Source: Heptranchias perlo
Lineage: Eukaryota
Assembly: GCF_035084215.1 (NCBI RefSeq)
Contig: NC_090325.1
Location: 151,652,001-151,716,000, forward strand
Length of the DNA stretch: 64,000 nucleotides
Direction: 5' to 3'
The position numbers and the translations under genes are program-made. The notes under the pieces were generated by a model that was given only the letters and a program-made list of their open reading frames with translations, searched no databases and was not told the origin of the DNA. This document shows positions 24,545 to 38,192 of this stretch, in pieces (positions within the stretch are counted from its first letter, which is position 1; each line of letters opens with the position of its first letter).

Positions 24545-25692
24545 TTTTTTTTATTTGTTCATGGGATGTGGGCGTCACTGGCAACACCAGCATTTATTGC
24601 CCATCCCTAATTGCCCTTGAAAAGGTGGTGGTGGACCGCCTTCTTGAACTGCTGCAGTCCGTGTGGTGAAGGTTCTCCTACAGTGCTGTTAGGAATGAAG
24701 TTCCACGATTTTGACCCAGCGACGATAAAGGAACGGCAATATATTTCCAAGTCGGGATGGTGTGTGACTTGAAGGGGAACATGCAGGTGGTGTTATTCCG
24801 ATGTGCATGCTGCCTTTGTCCTTCTAGGTGGCAGAGGTGGCGGGTTTGGGAGGTGCTGTCGAATAAGCCTTGGCGAGTTGCTGCAGTGCATCCTGTGGAT
24901 GGTACACACTGCAGCCACGGTGCGTTGGTGATGAAGAGATTGAATATTTAGGGTGGTGGATGGGAGGCTAATCAAGCGGGCTGCTTTGTCCTGGATGGTG
25001 TTGAGCTTGTTGAGTGTTGTTGGAGCTGCACTCATCCAGGCAAGTGGAGACTATTCCATCACACTCCTGACCTGTGCCTTGTAGATGGTGGAAAGGCTTT
25101 GGGGAGTCAGGAGGTGAGTCACTCGCCACAGAATACCCAGAGACTCTGACCTGCTCTTGTAGCCACAGTATTTATGTGGTTGGTCCAGATAAGTTTCTGG
25201 TCAATGGTGACCCCCAGGATGTTGATGGTGGGGGATTCAGCGATGGTAATGCCATTGAATGTCAAGGGGAGGTGGTTAGACTCTCTCTTGTTGGAGATGG
25301 TCATTGCCTGGGCACTTGTCTGGCGCGAATGTTACTTGCCACTTATCAGCCCAAGCCTGGATGTTGTCCGGGTCTTGCTGCATGCGGACACGGACTGCTT
25401 CATTATCTGAGGGGTCGCGAATGGAACTGAACACTGTGCAATCATCAGCGAACATCCCCATTTCTGACCTTATGATGGAGGGAAGGTCATTGATGAAGCA
25501 GCTGAAGATGGTTGGTCACTGCCCTAAGGAACTCCTGCAGCAATGTCCTGGGGCTGAGATAATTGGTCTCCAACAACCACTACCATCTTCCTTTGTACTA
25601 GGTATGAGTCCAGCCACCGGAGAGTTTTCCCCGATTCCCATTGACTTCAATTTTACTCGGGCTCCTTGATACCACACTCAGTCAAATGCTAA
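24545..25692 (-). mobile_element. LINE family B, 5'-truncated
   Basis: MFADD, WADKWQVTF and AAPTTL.KL.TIQDKAARLI motifs; A-rich 3' end. Confidence 0.92.
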
Positions 25693-26617
25693 CCTAATAA
25701 ACTAACAGGCACACATTATAAACAATGTATTTTATCATATCTTATTGTTGTTAATCATTTCCAAATATTAAAAATACATCTGCAAACAATTTAAACCTGA
25801 CAGATTGCCCTTTTCTGCAAATGAAAGGACTGATGGATTTTGCATGATTTTACAAGCAAAATCAAACAGAAGAAGCTTTCAGAAAGAAGTTGATTTTGCA
25901 TGTTCTAAGAAAAGGGATCCCTCCAGTATCCTGATTCTCCCATCACAACATCCAGTTGCACCTTGGACTCCAATGCTTTTGTCTCTAATGCCCTGCCTGG
26001 CAGCCCATTCCAAACATTTAGCAGTCTTTCAGTATAGGAGTTCTTTTTGCTATCTCTAAATTTTGCTTTTCACTATTTTCCATTTATGCACTCTGGTTCT
26101 GCACTACCACAATCAAGTGTCCTGCAATTAATTAGTTGGACTTGGGTTCAGTCCAGGATTCTGAGCAGGCCTTTATTATTTGGAGCTGTATACACGTATT
26201 TCCATCCTTGGAAACATTTTGAATGGTCTCTTGCTTTGGCATTCATTATTTCTGGTGCTTTGCATGCTGAAGCACTACATAATTGCCAAGCAGCATATCC
26301 AAAGATTATGGCAACTGCTAACCCACAAGGTTTCCATAATAACCCTCATAACGCAGGACACAGAATCCCAAGTAAATTCAAATCATTTTCAAATGCCTTG
26401 ACCCAATATCACCACAATTGTATTTTCTTTTGGGTAAGGGGGGGGGGGAAGACAGCAGTCAGAAAAAAATTAATTTATAAACATTGTATGGACACAACAG
26501 GACAATAAAGTGTCTTTTTACTTCTCAATTATTCTTCTCCATGTTCGTTGGTAATGTTCTGAAATAGTCTCTTTTGCACAAAACAATATTGCTGTGCAGC
26601 CTGTGATTTTGTATCTC

Positions 26618-26835
26618 CCACCATCAACATCCTGGGGGTCACCATTAACCAGAAACTTAACTGGACCAGCCATATAAATGCTGTGGCTACAAGAGCAGGT
26701 CAGAGGCTGGGTATTCTGCAGCGAGTGACTCACCTCCTGATTCCCCAAAGCCTTCCACCACCACCTTCTCAACGGCAATTATGTATGGGCAATAAATATT
26801 GGCATTGCCAGCGACGCCCACATCCCATGAACAAT
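26618..26835 (+). mobile_element. LINE family B, internally deleted fragment
   Basis: PTINILGVT..QKLNW.SHI..VATRAGQRLGIL joined directly to the 3' tail. Confidence 0.8.
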
Positions 26836-27124
26836 TTTTTTTTAAATGAGACGGAAAAACACTCGCGGTGCGTCAACGATTTCCCAAGACATGCCCTGGT
26901 AAGCACCACTTCCCATTGGGAACGCCAGATCACAAAATCACTCATTACATTAACTTTAGATAAACATGTTACTTTGATGCTATGAGTTTGTTTCCTGATG
27001 GCCAAGCACAAACATTTATAAAAGACACTGAACAGGAAAATACTGTGAATTTCAAAACAGCAATTCGTTGCCAATCAGGTATCATAAATTTATCATAGCA
27101 ACTCTGCACACATGCATCTGACTA

Positions 27125-27430
27125 ACACAACAACAACTTGCATTTATATAGCACCGGTAATGGTTAACATCGTAAAACATCCCACAGCGCTTCACAGGTG
27201 CGTAATCAGTCAAAAATTGACACCAAGCCAAAGTAGGAGACATTAGGACAGGTGACCAAACGCTTGAACAGAGAGATAGGTTTTAAGCAATGTCTTAAAG
27301 GGGGAGTAAAAGGTGGAGACGTTTGGGGGTGGGGGGGGGAATTCCAGAGTTTAGGGCACAGCCACCAATGGTGGGGCGAAGGAAGTGGGGGATACACAAG
27401 AGGCCAGAGTTGGAGGAATGCAGAGTTTCT
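27125..27430 (-). mobile_element. L2 LINE 3' end
   Basis: Reverse complement of the 2900-3125 tail. Confidence 0.75.
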
Positions 27431-27715
27431 GTATTTTAATATAACATATATATTGTACATGATTCAGAGCAAAACTAATATTGTGCTACATTCTGTTTCA
27501 TATGTTGATGGACAAAGAAAAGACAAAATTAAAGCTAAAGCAGCCCACTGTGTCACATAATAGTCGCCTGCATCCCTCATCCCACCATGAGTATAGACAA
27601 TGGCTAAAAGGCCAATTTTGACATTTAAAAAAAAATCAATCATTCCAGTATCAGTTGTTTAGAGTGAAAATAAATTCCAGAAAAAAAGTTTCTCAATCTC
27701 ATTCTCAATACTAAC

Positions 27716-27879
27716 CTGTACGCTACACCTTAGGTTCCCGATTTGTGATTGGAACCCAGGAGGAAAGTGCAAAGTCAGTGATGGGTACGTAGAATGTTGA
27801 ATTCCTGAAACCAACCCCCATTTTGTAAAGTTGGGCACTTTCATAATGGATGGTGCTAAAAATACCATCACATAGGAAC
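27716..27879 (-). pseudogene. ZU5 (second ZU5, N-terminal part) exon, open frame, phase 1 to 0
   Basis: Acceptor tttttctgttttag|, donor CAG|gttag. (G)SYVMVFLAPSIMKVPNFTKWGLVSGIQHSTYPSLTLHFPPGFQSQIGNLRCSVQ aligns by eye with ankyrin YFAVV...P.VQASFPEGA....VGLQAQ and PIDD/DTHD1 (F/Y)PPG. Confidence 0.6.
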
Positions 27880-27944
27880 CTAAAACAGAAAAACCATTTG
27901 TTCCTAAAGCCCCTCTTTCCATCAGTGAATGTACCATCAACACC

Positions 27945-28165
27945 ATCAGGATTCTTCAAGTTAAGCTTTTATATAGTACTTAGCGAGGCTCCGGGGCCAC
28001 AAGCTCCCAACACAAGTTTCACAGCTGCCAGCAACCCCAGAGTAAATTCACTGGATTCATAAGAATGGCTAATCAAAAGTAATGTTTTTTACTTGGTCTT
28101 CCTGGTGGCTAGTCTTAGCAAATCCAGTAAGTTTACTCTCGATTTGTCACTGACTGCACAATCCC
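27945..28165 (-). pseudogene. Candidate decayed first-ZU5 exon
   Basis: Partial ZU5-like motifs in different frames (GLCSQ*QI...NITFD*PF; TLLLISH...LGLL; CWELV). Boundaries uncertain. Confidence 0.3.
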
Positions 28166-28424
28166 TACTAAATGTAATATAAAAGTGCCTACAATCGCCT
28201 GACAGAATTGAAAGAATACAAGGAAATCTTTCAAGATGATAATATGCGAAGTTCATTATGCTTCCTGATTCAAGTGTACAAATGTTACCACCTACCATAT
28301 TGGTGAGTGCTGCCAAAGCAACCACAGCATTCCTTCACCTCTGAGCCCTGTTTCAAGTCCAGCTCAGACTGATGAAATAAGTTTCCTCTCTCTTTTGAAT
28401 CCAAAGTGAAACAAGTGTTTCAGT

Positions 28425-29985
28425 AGAAACACAGAAAATAGGAGCAGCAGTAGGCCAATGAGCCCTTGGAGCCTGCTCAGCCATTCAATATGATCATGGA
28501 TGATCCTCTATCTCAATACCATATTCCCGTTCTCTCCCCATACCCCTTGTTGCCTTGTGTGTCTAGAAATCTATCGAGCTCCTTCTTAAATATACTCAGT
28601 GACTTGGCCTCCACAGCCTTTTGTGGTAGAGAATTCCACAGGTTCACCACCCTCTGAGTGAAGAAATTTCTCCTCATCTCAGTCCTAAACTTCCTACCCC
28701 GTATCCTGAGACTGTGATCCCTTGTTCTGGACCACCCTGCCAGGGGAAACATCCTCCCTGCATCCAGTCTGTCGAGCCCTTTCAGAATTTTATATATTTC
28801 AATGAGATCCCCTCTCATTCTTCTAAATTCGAGTGATTACAGGCCGAGTCGACCCAATCTCTCCTCATACGACAGTCCTGCCATCCCAGGAATCAGTCTG
28901 GTGAACCTTCGCTGCACTCCCTCTATGGCAAGTATATCCTTTCTTAGGTAAGGAGGCCAAAACTGCACACAATACTCCAGGTGTGGTCTCACCAATGCCC
29001 TGTATAACTGCAGTAAGACATCCTTGCTCCTGTACTCAAATCCTCTTGCAATGAAGGCCAACATACCATTTGCCTTCCTAACTGCTTGCTGCACCTGTAT
29101 ATTTGCTTTCAGTGACTGGTATACAAGGACACCCAGGTCCCTTTGTACATCAACATTCCCCAATCTATCCCCATTTCAATAATACTCTGCCTTTCGGTTT
29201 TTCCTTCCAAAGTGGATAACTTCACATTTATTATACTGTATTTGCCCACTCACTCAACTTGTCTAAATCGCCTTGAAGCCTCTTTGCATCCTCCTCACAA
29301 CTCACGATCCCACCTAGTTTTGTATCATCAGCAAACTTGGAAATATTACATTTGGTTCCCTCATTCAAATCATTGATATATATTGTGAATAGCTGGGGCC
29401 CAAGCACTGATCCCTGCGGTACCCCACTAGTCACTGCCTGCCACCCTGAAAAAGACCCATTTAATCCTACTCTCTGTTTCCTGTCTGTTAACCAATTTTC
29501 AATCCATGCCAGTATATTACCACCAATCCCATGTGCTTTAATTTTTCACACTAACCTCTTATGTGGGACTTTATCAAAGGCCTTCTGAAAATCCAAATAA
29601 ACCACATCCACTGGTTCTCCTTTATCTGTTCGACCAGTTACATCCTCAAAAAACTCCAGTAGGTTTGTCAAACATGATTTCCCTTTCATAAATCCATGAT
29701 CCCATTGATATTTTCTAAGTGTCCTGTTATCACATCCTTTATAATAGACTCTAGCATTTTCCCTACTACTGATGTTAGACTAACCGGTCTGTAGTTCCCT
29801 GTTTTCTCTCTCCCTCCTTTTTTTAAATAGTGGGGTTACATTTGCCACCCTCCAATCTGCAGGAACTGTTCCATAATCTATGGAATTTTGGAAGATGACA
29901 ACTAATGCATCCACTATTTCCATGGCTACTTCTTTTAGTACTCTGGGATGCAGATTATCAGGTCCTGGGGATTTATCGGCTTTCA
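28425..29985 (-). mobile_element. CR1 LINE, 5'-truncated
   Basis: [33 protein letters not shown] and RGDLIE motifs. Confidence 0.95.
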
Positions 29986-30420
29986 ATCTAGTTATTAACA
30001 AACATGTCTCTACAGCCAAAACTGTCCAAACATTGACTCATCCAGAGATCACAAGAATAGATGGCATGAGCAAATGAAAATTGACTCCAGTACAATAGGG
30101 AATGTCCTTCAGCGATTAGGTTCAAGGTAAGTTACTGGGGATGAACAGGGCGAGCTTCACATCAAACTGTGTTATATCTGATCTCAACGTTATCAACACT
30201 GGTGAATACCTCAATTCAAACAATTAAAAACTGTTGTGATTTTCCAGACCGTAACATTTAAAAATTTCTCATGTGAATCATGAGCATTAAAACGAGAGTT
30301 AGAAAATCACAACCTGGGTGAATTGCAAGTGTTGGCAATACTGTGACCTAAGGGTGCTTGATGCTGGCGCTATATACCAAAAATGGGAAAATTTAATCCC
30401 ACATCACTAACTTGGCTCAC

Positions 30421-30555
30421 CTTGATAAAAAGGAGAAATAACCTTATATTACTCAACTCTAAGCAGGTGGATTCCACAGATGACAAAGTCATGTTCGCAA
30501 CACAAGAAATATTGTTTTCATAGATCGTCTGTGCATTAGTTGTTTTTGATGACAA
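30421..30555 (-). pseudogene. Candidate exon with the N-terminal strands of the first ZU5
   Basis: Strong donor AAG|gtgagc. CVANMTLSSVESTCLELSNIRLFLLFIK resembles UNC5 AYGTFNFLGGRLMIPNTGISLLI. Upstream in-frame TGA; acceptor not located. Confidence 0.35.
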
Positions 30556-30824
30556 ATTGTAAAAGGTAGGTCAATTTAGGCCATTCTCATGCCGTTTCTC
30601 CTAACGACTAGTTTGAGAACAGCAGAGACTTAAAAGGATCTGCACATTCTCTCATCCAGGGAATAATGCTTGGCATGAGTGGAAAACTAGGTAGGAAGTC
30701 TCCATTGAGCTGCTCTTATACATCTGCCAACAACACTACGGGCCTGAAAAAAGGCTGCCCACCTCTCAATTACAAAAATTGTGTGGCTTGAGAAGGAAAA
30801 CACTTTCAATATCCCGCATGTAGA

Positions 30825-31165
30825 GTAGCCTAGTGGTTATGGTGCTGGATTAGCAGCCACAACAAATTGTGCAACTGAATTCAATAAATTTGGAACGTTT
30901 ATGACCTAGCTCTATAAAAATGAACATGAAAGCTGTCAGACTATGGTAAAAACTCAACTGGTTCACTAATGTCCTTCAGGAAAGAGAACCTGTCAACCCT
31001 ACCTAGTATGGCCTACACATGACTCCAGTCTCTCACTATGTGGTTGAGTCAGTTGTAAAACAATAAGGACAGGCAGTGGTTCAAGAAGCCCACCACCACC
31101 TACTCAGGGCAGCTAAGGTGGGCATTAAATGCGGCCTTGCCAGCATTGCCCACCTCCCCAGAGCA
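30825..31165 (+). mobile_element. Old tRNA-headed SINE with a LINE-family-B-derived tail
   Basis: Head gtagcctagtggtt. Tail ggttcaagaag.ccaccaccacct...aatgcggccttgccagc. Confidence 0.65.
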
Positions 31166-31889
31166 ACATTTTTTTTTAAAGTTTCTTCTTCACGCTCTTC
31201 CCCCGCCCACCCACACACCCCCGCTCCCTCCTTTCCCAAAAAGACATTTCAGTAAACTTTTCATTGTTCACTCAGTTGTGGAGTTCATCTCATGGCTTAC
31301 TGCCTATTTAAGAGATTCCAGTACCAAAAATAACCACAAAACAGCTGAGCCAGAACCTTTTTTTTATTAATAATTAATGGTTGTAGTAGCCTTAGACTTA
31401 TTTCTCAAAAGGAAACTAGCACAGCTAAACGTTTTCACAGTGAGGTTATTTTTGATCACTCTGCAAGTGAATAGTAGCACTGGTGGCCCCATGATATGTG
31501 CCTCAAGCGGCCATTATTTTTGCACAAGCATGAAGTTTGGAGCACTGGCAAGCTATTGAGATACATTAACAGTGAACTGAGATACAAACAGTGAGATACA
31601 TTAAAGTCAACTATATAATACACATGCACACGCGCACAGAACCAGCAGTTACTGGATAGCGATCAGGCATGGGAATTCTTGAGAATTTCTCCTCCCTGGA
31701 GAAACGAAACCAGTTGGACATCCTTGCTTCTGTCTGAATGTGATCAGCTGGTTCAGCTCACACTGCTACCTTTCTAGTCTATATAACTCAGCTAATCACT
31801 GGATAAACTCAGTGAGCCATCTGCTCATACTTAAGATGGTAGTGTTTACCAAGCAGCAAGAGTACAATTCGATCTTTACAAATTACTAA

Positions 31890-32001
31890 TTTAAATTGGT
31901 AGCTTATTGGTGGTAAAATTGCAATATTAGGAATTCCACTATAGTACTAATGCCAATTAACCAATGTCATTCCTTTAAATTTTAGCAGTACAGTGGTGTA
32001 T
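31890..32001 (-). pseudogene. Candidate decayed ankyrin-repeat exon
   Basis: Acceptor gttttctcag|AT ACA CCA CTG gives (D)TPLYC* and later GISTIVEFLI in the same frame. Confidence 0.3.
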
Positions 32002-32489
32002 CTGAGAAAACTCTATTGGAAGCTACATTGGAAGCAGCATAAAGTGATTTAACTGGAAAAACATCCAGATGCTCTGCATTCCATTCCGAAGTTCAACCAC
32101 CAGTGACACTAAAATACACACAAGACCTTATGCAAGCAGGGCGTGGGAGAAATATTTCAAGCAATTTTCAAAAATTATTAACCTGTACAACTCTCAGTCC
32201 TGCAGTGACTATCACTAATTATGTAACATAGGATGTTTGAAATTAATCATGATTGGGATCAGAACTTTTATTTTAATTCTTCAGACAGAAGCCAAAACAC
32301 AAATCATTAAGAATATTTCTATCTGCAAACGTTGACATGATTTGACATCAAACCATGCAGACATAAGAAAGGACTTCAAAAGCAATAAACAAGCCACTTT
32401 AAAAGAAGAGTATGAACTTGCAAATAGCATTTACGCAATTCCAGCTGAAACATTTTTCAACATTTGCGATAACACATCCGACACCGACT

Positions 32490-32780
32490 TCATCTCACCC
32501 TATCAGCATATCCTTTTATCCTTTCTCCCTCATATACTTATCTAGCTTCCCCTTAAATACATCTACGCTATTCGCCTCAACAATTCCATGTGGTAGCAAG
32601 TTCCACATTCTAACCACTCTCTGGGTAAAGAAGTTCCAACCGAATTCCTTACTGGGTTTATTAGTAACTATATTATATTTATTGCCCCTAGTTTTAAACT
32701 CCCCCACAAGTGGAGAGCATAAACACCGGCATATACCAGTTGGCCGAATGTCCTGTTTCAGTGCTGTAAATTCTATGTAA
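32490..32780 (-). mobile_element. CR1 LINE 3' end
   Basis: FFTQRVVRMWNLLP...FKGKLDKYM and CR1 tail. Confidence 0.85.
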
Positions 32781-35700
32781 TTTGTTTTGCTGTTGTCACT
32801 GGTGCTGTGGAATTTATCAGCAATGCAAACAGGGATGAATCTATAGCACAATCATAATGCAATATCTCAAGTATTGTGTATTTAAATATAACGGGGGTAT
32901 AATTGAACATATTCCAGCTTTTCTACTAATCAAATCAGCAGTTACATTGTTATGTTTTGGCAGGATTACACAGTGAATACATGCATGGCAGATCCAAGTT
33001 TGAAACCAATGCTTTTGTCATTTTTATTTGCCAAATCTCTAGAGATTTCAAGAAGGCCCTTCGATATATCTAATTCCTCCCTTTATACTAACTTCACCAT
33101 TTACTTTGTACAGGCTCAGATTGCAACATCATGAATTGTTGGTAAACGTGGTCTTCCATCATAAACTCAAGTGCATAATGGATTCAAGAATCTCACGAGT
33201 AGACACTGCAACAGTAGTGTAACATGAAACTGCCATGGATTTCACGCCTGGATACACAGTGTGGCTTTTCTGAAAAGGTTCTGTTTTAACAGAGGATCTT
33301 AGTTGCGTGTGGAAAACACTTGTAAAAATAAGAGGCTATATTATTACCCTGTAATATGAAGCTAAATGAAACCAGATATTACTAGAATGTCCACATTTCA
33401 GTTCAAATCACAAAATTCAATAGCGAGAATCTACCGTTTGCCATGGAAAAAATCTCATTAGAATGGAAGAAAAATAAACTCTACAATTTTAACTTTATGC
33501 ATTATATCTGTATATCTATAAAATCTTACATATGCATGCAATTCCTGTCTGCACCATTTAACTTCCTATCATGTTTTGTCTCACTTTGTGTCAACTTTTT
33601 CCCACAATAAATTCCTATGTTCACATTCAATGTGGATTTTGCTTAGTAAACTTATCATGCTGTAATTGCACAATCTGATCATGAGTAGTGCTGTACAGTG
33701 AACTTCTCCTCAGCCATTTTGTTTTTTCCCTCATCGTCTAGTGAGTATTAAAACTTTGAACCTTTTAATTTTAAAAAAAATTTCTGTGTATAAATAATAT
33801 AAATGGTTAAAAATTACCCAGTTTTGGCAGCCCACCACCCTCTGCGTAGCCTTTTTCTTCACCCGCTAGTGGATCCCTGCTGGCTCCTCAGCGTTGTCTG
33901 AAACCTGCCCAGATTTCTTCACCCACTCTCCAGCCTATCAGCATCCTCTTCTCTTTCCCACCACCCCCCCCCCATATTTTGCAAGCCCTATTTCTTCATT
34001 GTTCTCTGCAACCTGGCCCATTCACTGATCCTGCCTGCCTCCAGGAGCCAAGTACTGCTCCTAATGTTGTTTCTCCCCCAAGTTTCACTGTCAGGGGCGC
34101 TGTTCTCCATTTGCCATGACCAGCATCGCAGTCACTAATTCCACCGCCCCCCCCGCCCCACCCCGATACCCCTCTCCCACCCCATGGGAGCCAAGTCCCA
34201 TTGCTGGTATCATTCTACACCCAGCTCGAAGACCCACGTCCCATTGCCATCACGTTGTTCCCTGACTGCAACACACAGAGTTGCAGTCATCAATCCTCCC
34301 ACAAACCCGATAATAACTGTGAAAACTAATGAAGTTTGCTGCACTGAATATTTTTACAATGACCAAATTGAGACCGGCTGAACTCAACTTCATTTGAGCT
34401 TTGATCCAAAGCCAAACTTATTATTTTTCTTTGCCATTCCGGTCAAGCTGCTCTTGTGCCTTTGCAGACTCACCTCACAACACCCCTCCCCTGGGCACTT
34501 AGAGTCCTACACTTGCTGAAATCTTCCCTCCAGCTGCCCATGCCCTTTTGTGGCCGTTGATCCCGCTCATCACTGCCTCATCGGGTCCACTCCACTCATG
34601 GGACCCGTTCCTACCCCACTGACTGAGGAAAAGAAGTGCAATAAGATTTATTTAATTTTTATTCTATTCATTGACGGAAATTATTTAATTTTTTTATTTG
34701 TTTTTCATGCACAAGCTGAATGCTCTCATGGCTTACCCACCCCACTCGTGAGTCCGACCTCCACTTCCACCCTGTCATCATCATATATCACAGACAAGAA
34801 CATGCCATCCACAGTGCTCACTTAAAAGACATCGACACAAGCCAATAAGATGTTCCTACCTGGACCATCTAACATAGCATCAATGAAAATATATAAATGG
34901 AAAAAAAATGTATTAATCTTTTAACGTGATTAATTTTGGTTTCATATACATCTAATATACAGATAGCAGCTATTGTACCTCATGCAACAAAAATGCAATA
35001 AACACACATATCTGATATTCCAATGCGTGTTAAACAGTGGAAACAGCATGCTGCAGACAGAGCTAAACGATCCCACAACCAACGGATCAGATCAACAGTC
35101 ATGCCATATCCAATCGTGAACAGTATTGGACAATTAAGGTCCTAACGGGAGGAGGAGGAAACTCCATGAACATCCCCATGCACAATGATGGCAGAGTGCA
35201 GCATACGTTCGCAACCATCTTCAGCCAGAAGTACTGAGTGGATGATCCTTCTCGGCCTCCTCCTGAGTTCTCCACCATCACAGCTGCCAGTCTTCACCCA
35301 ATTTGATTCACTCCACATGATATCAAGAAACAGCTGAGTGCACTGGACACAGCAAAGGCTACAGGCACCGACAACATCCTGGCTTTAGTGCTAAAGATCT
35401 GTGCTCCACAACTAGCCATACCTCTAACCAGGCTGTTCCAGTACAGCTACAACACTGGCATCTGCCTGACAATGTGGAAAATTGCCCAAGTATTTCTGTC
35501 CACAAAAAGCAGGACAAATCCAACCCGGCTAAATAGCGTCCCATCAACCTCATCAGAAAAATTAATGGAAGGAGTCATCAACAGTGCTATCAAGCGGCAC
35601 TTACTCACCAATAACCTGCTCACTGATGCTCAGTTTGGGTTCTGTCAGAATCACTCGGTCCAAACAGGAATAACAAGAGCTGAATTCCGAAGATGAGGTG

Positions 35701-35964
35701 AGAGTAACTGCCCTTGACATCAAGGCAGCTTTTGATCAAGTGTGACACCAAGGAGCCCTAGTAAAACTGAAGTCAATGGGGATAAGGGAGAAAACTCTCC
35801 AGTGGCTGGAATCATACCCAGCACAAAGGAATATGGTTGTGGTTGTGGAAAGCCAATCATCACAGCCACAGGACATCACAGCAAGAGTTCCTCAGGGCAG
35901 CTTCCTAGGCCCAACTAACTTCAGCTGTTTCATCAATGACCTACCCTCCATTATAAAGTCAGAA

Positions 35965-36064
35965 TGTGGAGATGCCGGTGATGGACTGGGGTTGACAATT
36001 GTAAACAATTTTACAACAAATAAATTTGTTGGACTATAACTTGGTGTTGTAAAATTGTTTACAA
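35965..36064 (-). mobile_element. 100-bp Penelope terminus with short inverted end
   Basis: Reverse complement of the tail (gatgccggtgatggactggggttgac) plus the attgtaaacaattttacaaca / tgttgtaaaattgtttacaat IR. TSD ttataaagtcagaa (35951-35964, 36065-36078). Confidence 0.85.
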
Positions 36065-37483
36065 TTATAAAGTCAGAAGTGAGGATGTTCGCTGATGAAA
36101 GCACAGTGCTCAGTTCCATTCACGATTTCTCAAAATGAAATAATCCATGCCCGCGTGCAGCAAGACCTGGACAACATCCAGGCTAGGGCTGATAAATGCA
36201 GCTCCAACAACACTCAAGAAGCTCAACATCATCCGGGACAAAGCAGCACGCTTGATTGGCACCCCATCCACCACCCTAAACATTCACTCCCTTCACCACC
36301 GGTACACCGTGGCTGCAGTGTGTACCATCCACAGGATGCACTGCAGCACCTCCCAAACCCGCGACCTCTACCACCGAGAAGGACAAAGACAACAGACACA
36401 TGGGGACAACACCACCTGCACGTTCCCCTCCAAGTCACATACCTACAAAAAGAGAGTATGAAAAGAAAATTGCAAGGGATATCAAAACCAATACGAAGAA
36501 CTTTTATAGTTATATTAGGAAAAAGAGGGTGGTCAGGAGCAGTGCTGGCCACTCAAAAACTGAAAGTGGGGATATTGTCATTGACAATGGGGAAATGGTG
36601 GACATGTTGAACAATTACTTTGCGTCAGTATTTACAGAAGAAAAAGAGGATAGCATGCCGGAAATCCCAAGAAAACTAATATTGAATCGGGGACAGGGAC
36701 TCGATAAAATTAATATAAGTAAAGCAACAGTAATGAAGAAAATAATCGCACTAAAGAGTGACAAATCCCCAGGACCAGATGGTTTCCATCCCAGGGTTTT
36801 AAAGGAAGTAGGTGAGCACATTGCAGATGCCCTAACTATAATCTTCCAAAGTTCTCGATATTCAGGAACTGTCCCTCGAGATTGGAAAATTGCACATATC
36901 ACTCCGCTTTTTAAGGAGAGAGAGGGAAACCGGGGAATTATAGGCCAGTTAGCCTAACATCTGTTGTGGGGAAATTGCCGGAGTCTATAATTAAGGATAG
37001 GGTGACTGAACACCTCGAGAATTTTCAGTTAATCAGAGAGAGCCAGCATGGATTTGTGAAAGGTAGGTCGTGCCTGACAAACCTGATTGAATTTTTTAAA
37101 GAGGTGACTGAAGTAGTGGACAGGGGAATGTCAATGGATGTTATTTATATGGACTTCCAGAAAGCATTTGATAAGGTCCCACATAAGAGACTGTTAGCTA
37201 AGATAGAAGCCCATGGAATCGAGGGAAAAGTACGGACTTGGTTAGGATGTTGGCTGAGCGAAAGGCGACAGAGAGTAGGGATAATGGGAAGGTACTCACA
37301 TTGGCAGGATGTGACTAGTGGAGTCCCGCAGGGATCTGTCTTGGGGCCTCAATTATTCACAATATTTATTAACGACTTAGATGAAGGCATAGAAAGTCTC
37401 ATTTCTAAGTTTGCCGATGACACAAAGATTGGTGTAAACAATTTTACAACACCAAGTTATAGTCCAACAAATTTATTTTAAAT

Positions 37484-37522
37484 TCCACAAGCTTTCGGAG
37501 GCTTCCTCCTTCGTCAGGTGAA
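37484..37522 (-). ncRNA. Minimal type I hammerhead ribozyme (inverted arm)
   Basis: Exact reverse complement of 38154-38192. Confidence 0.75.
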
Positions 37523-38153
37523 CGGTGTGGAAATGAAATTTTCGAATCCTTCGCATTTGAAAATCACAGAACAATGCCTGGTGATTACTGCCCGTTGCCA
37601 AGGCAATCACAGTGAGCAGACAGAAAGGTGTCACCTAAAAGGCCACCGAATATACAAACCCCCAAAAAAGAGAGAGAGAAGGAAGACAGTCAATGACCCG
37701 TTATATTAAAAACAGACAACATTTGTTCACTGGTCGGTGGCTGAATGTTCCCCGGGGAACACTTCAGCAGTCATGGACATTCAGCCACCGACCTTCGGAT
37801 AAGCATACTCCAAGGCGGCCTTCGAGACACAAGACAACGCAAAATCGTCGAGCAGAAATTGATAGCCAAGTTCCGCACCCATGAGGACGGCCTCAACCAG
37901 GATCTTGGGTTCATGTCACACTACACGTAACCCCACCAGCGAACAAATGTTATCTGTTTTTAATATAACGGGTCATTGACTGTCTTCCTTCTCTCTCTCT
38001 CTTCTTTTTTGGGGGGGTTTGTATATTCGGTGGCCTTTTAGGTGACACCTTTCTGTCTGCTCACTGTGATTGCCTTGGCAACGGACAGTAATCACCAGGC
38101 ATTGTTCTGTGATTTTCAAATGCGAAGGATTCGAAAATTTCATTTCCACACCG

Positions 38154-38192
38154 TTCACCTGACGAAGGAGGAAGCCTCCGAAAGCTTGTGGA
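38154..38192 (+). ncRNA. Minimal type I hammerhead ribozyme
   Basis: TTCAC-CTGACGA-A-GGAGG(aag)CCTCC-GAAA-GC-TT-GTGGA. Confidence 0.75.

Noticed and set aside
32285-32490. Plus-strand exon-like ORF (TSNHADIRKDF...)
   Set aside because: In-frame stop near the acceptor, no donor, runs into a CR1 tail, and no recognisable homology.
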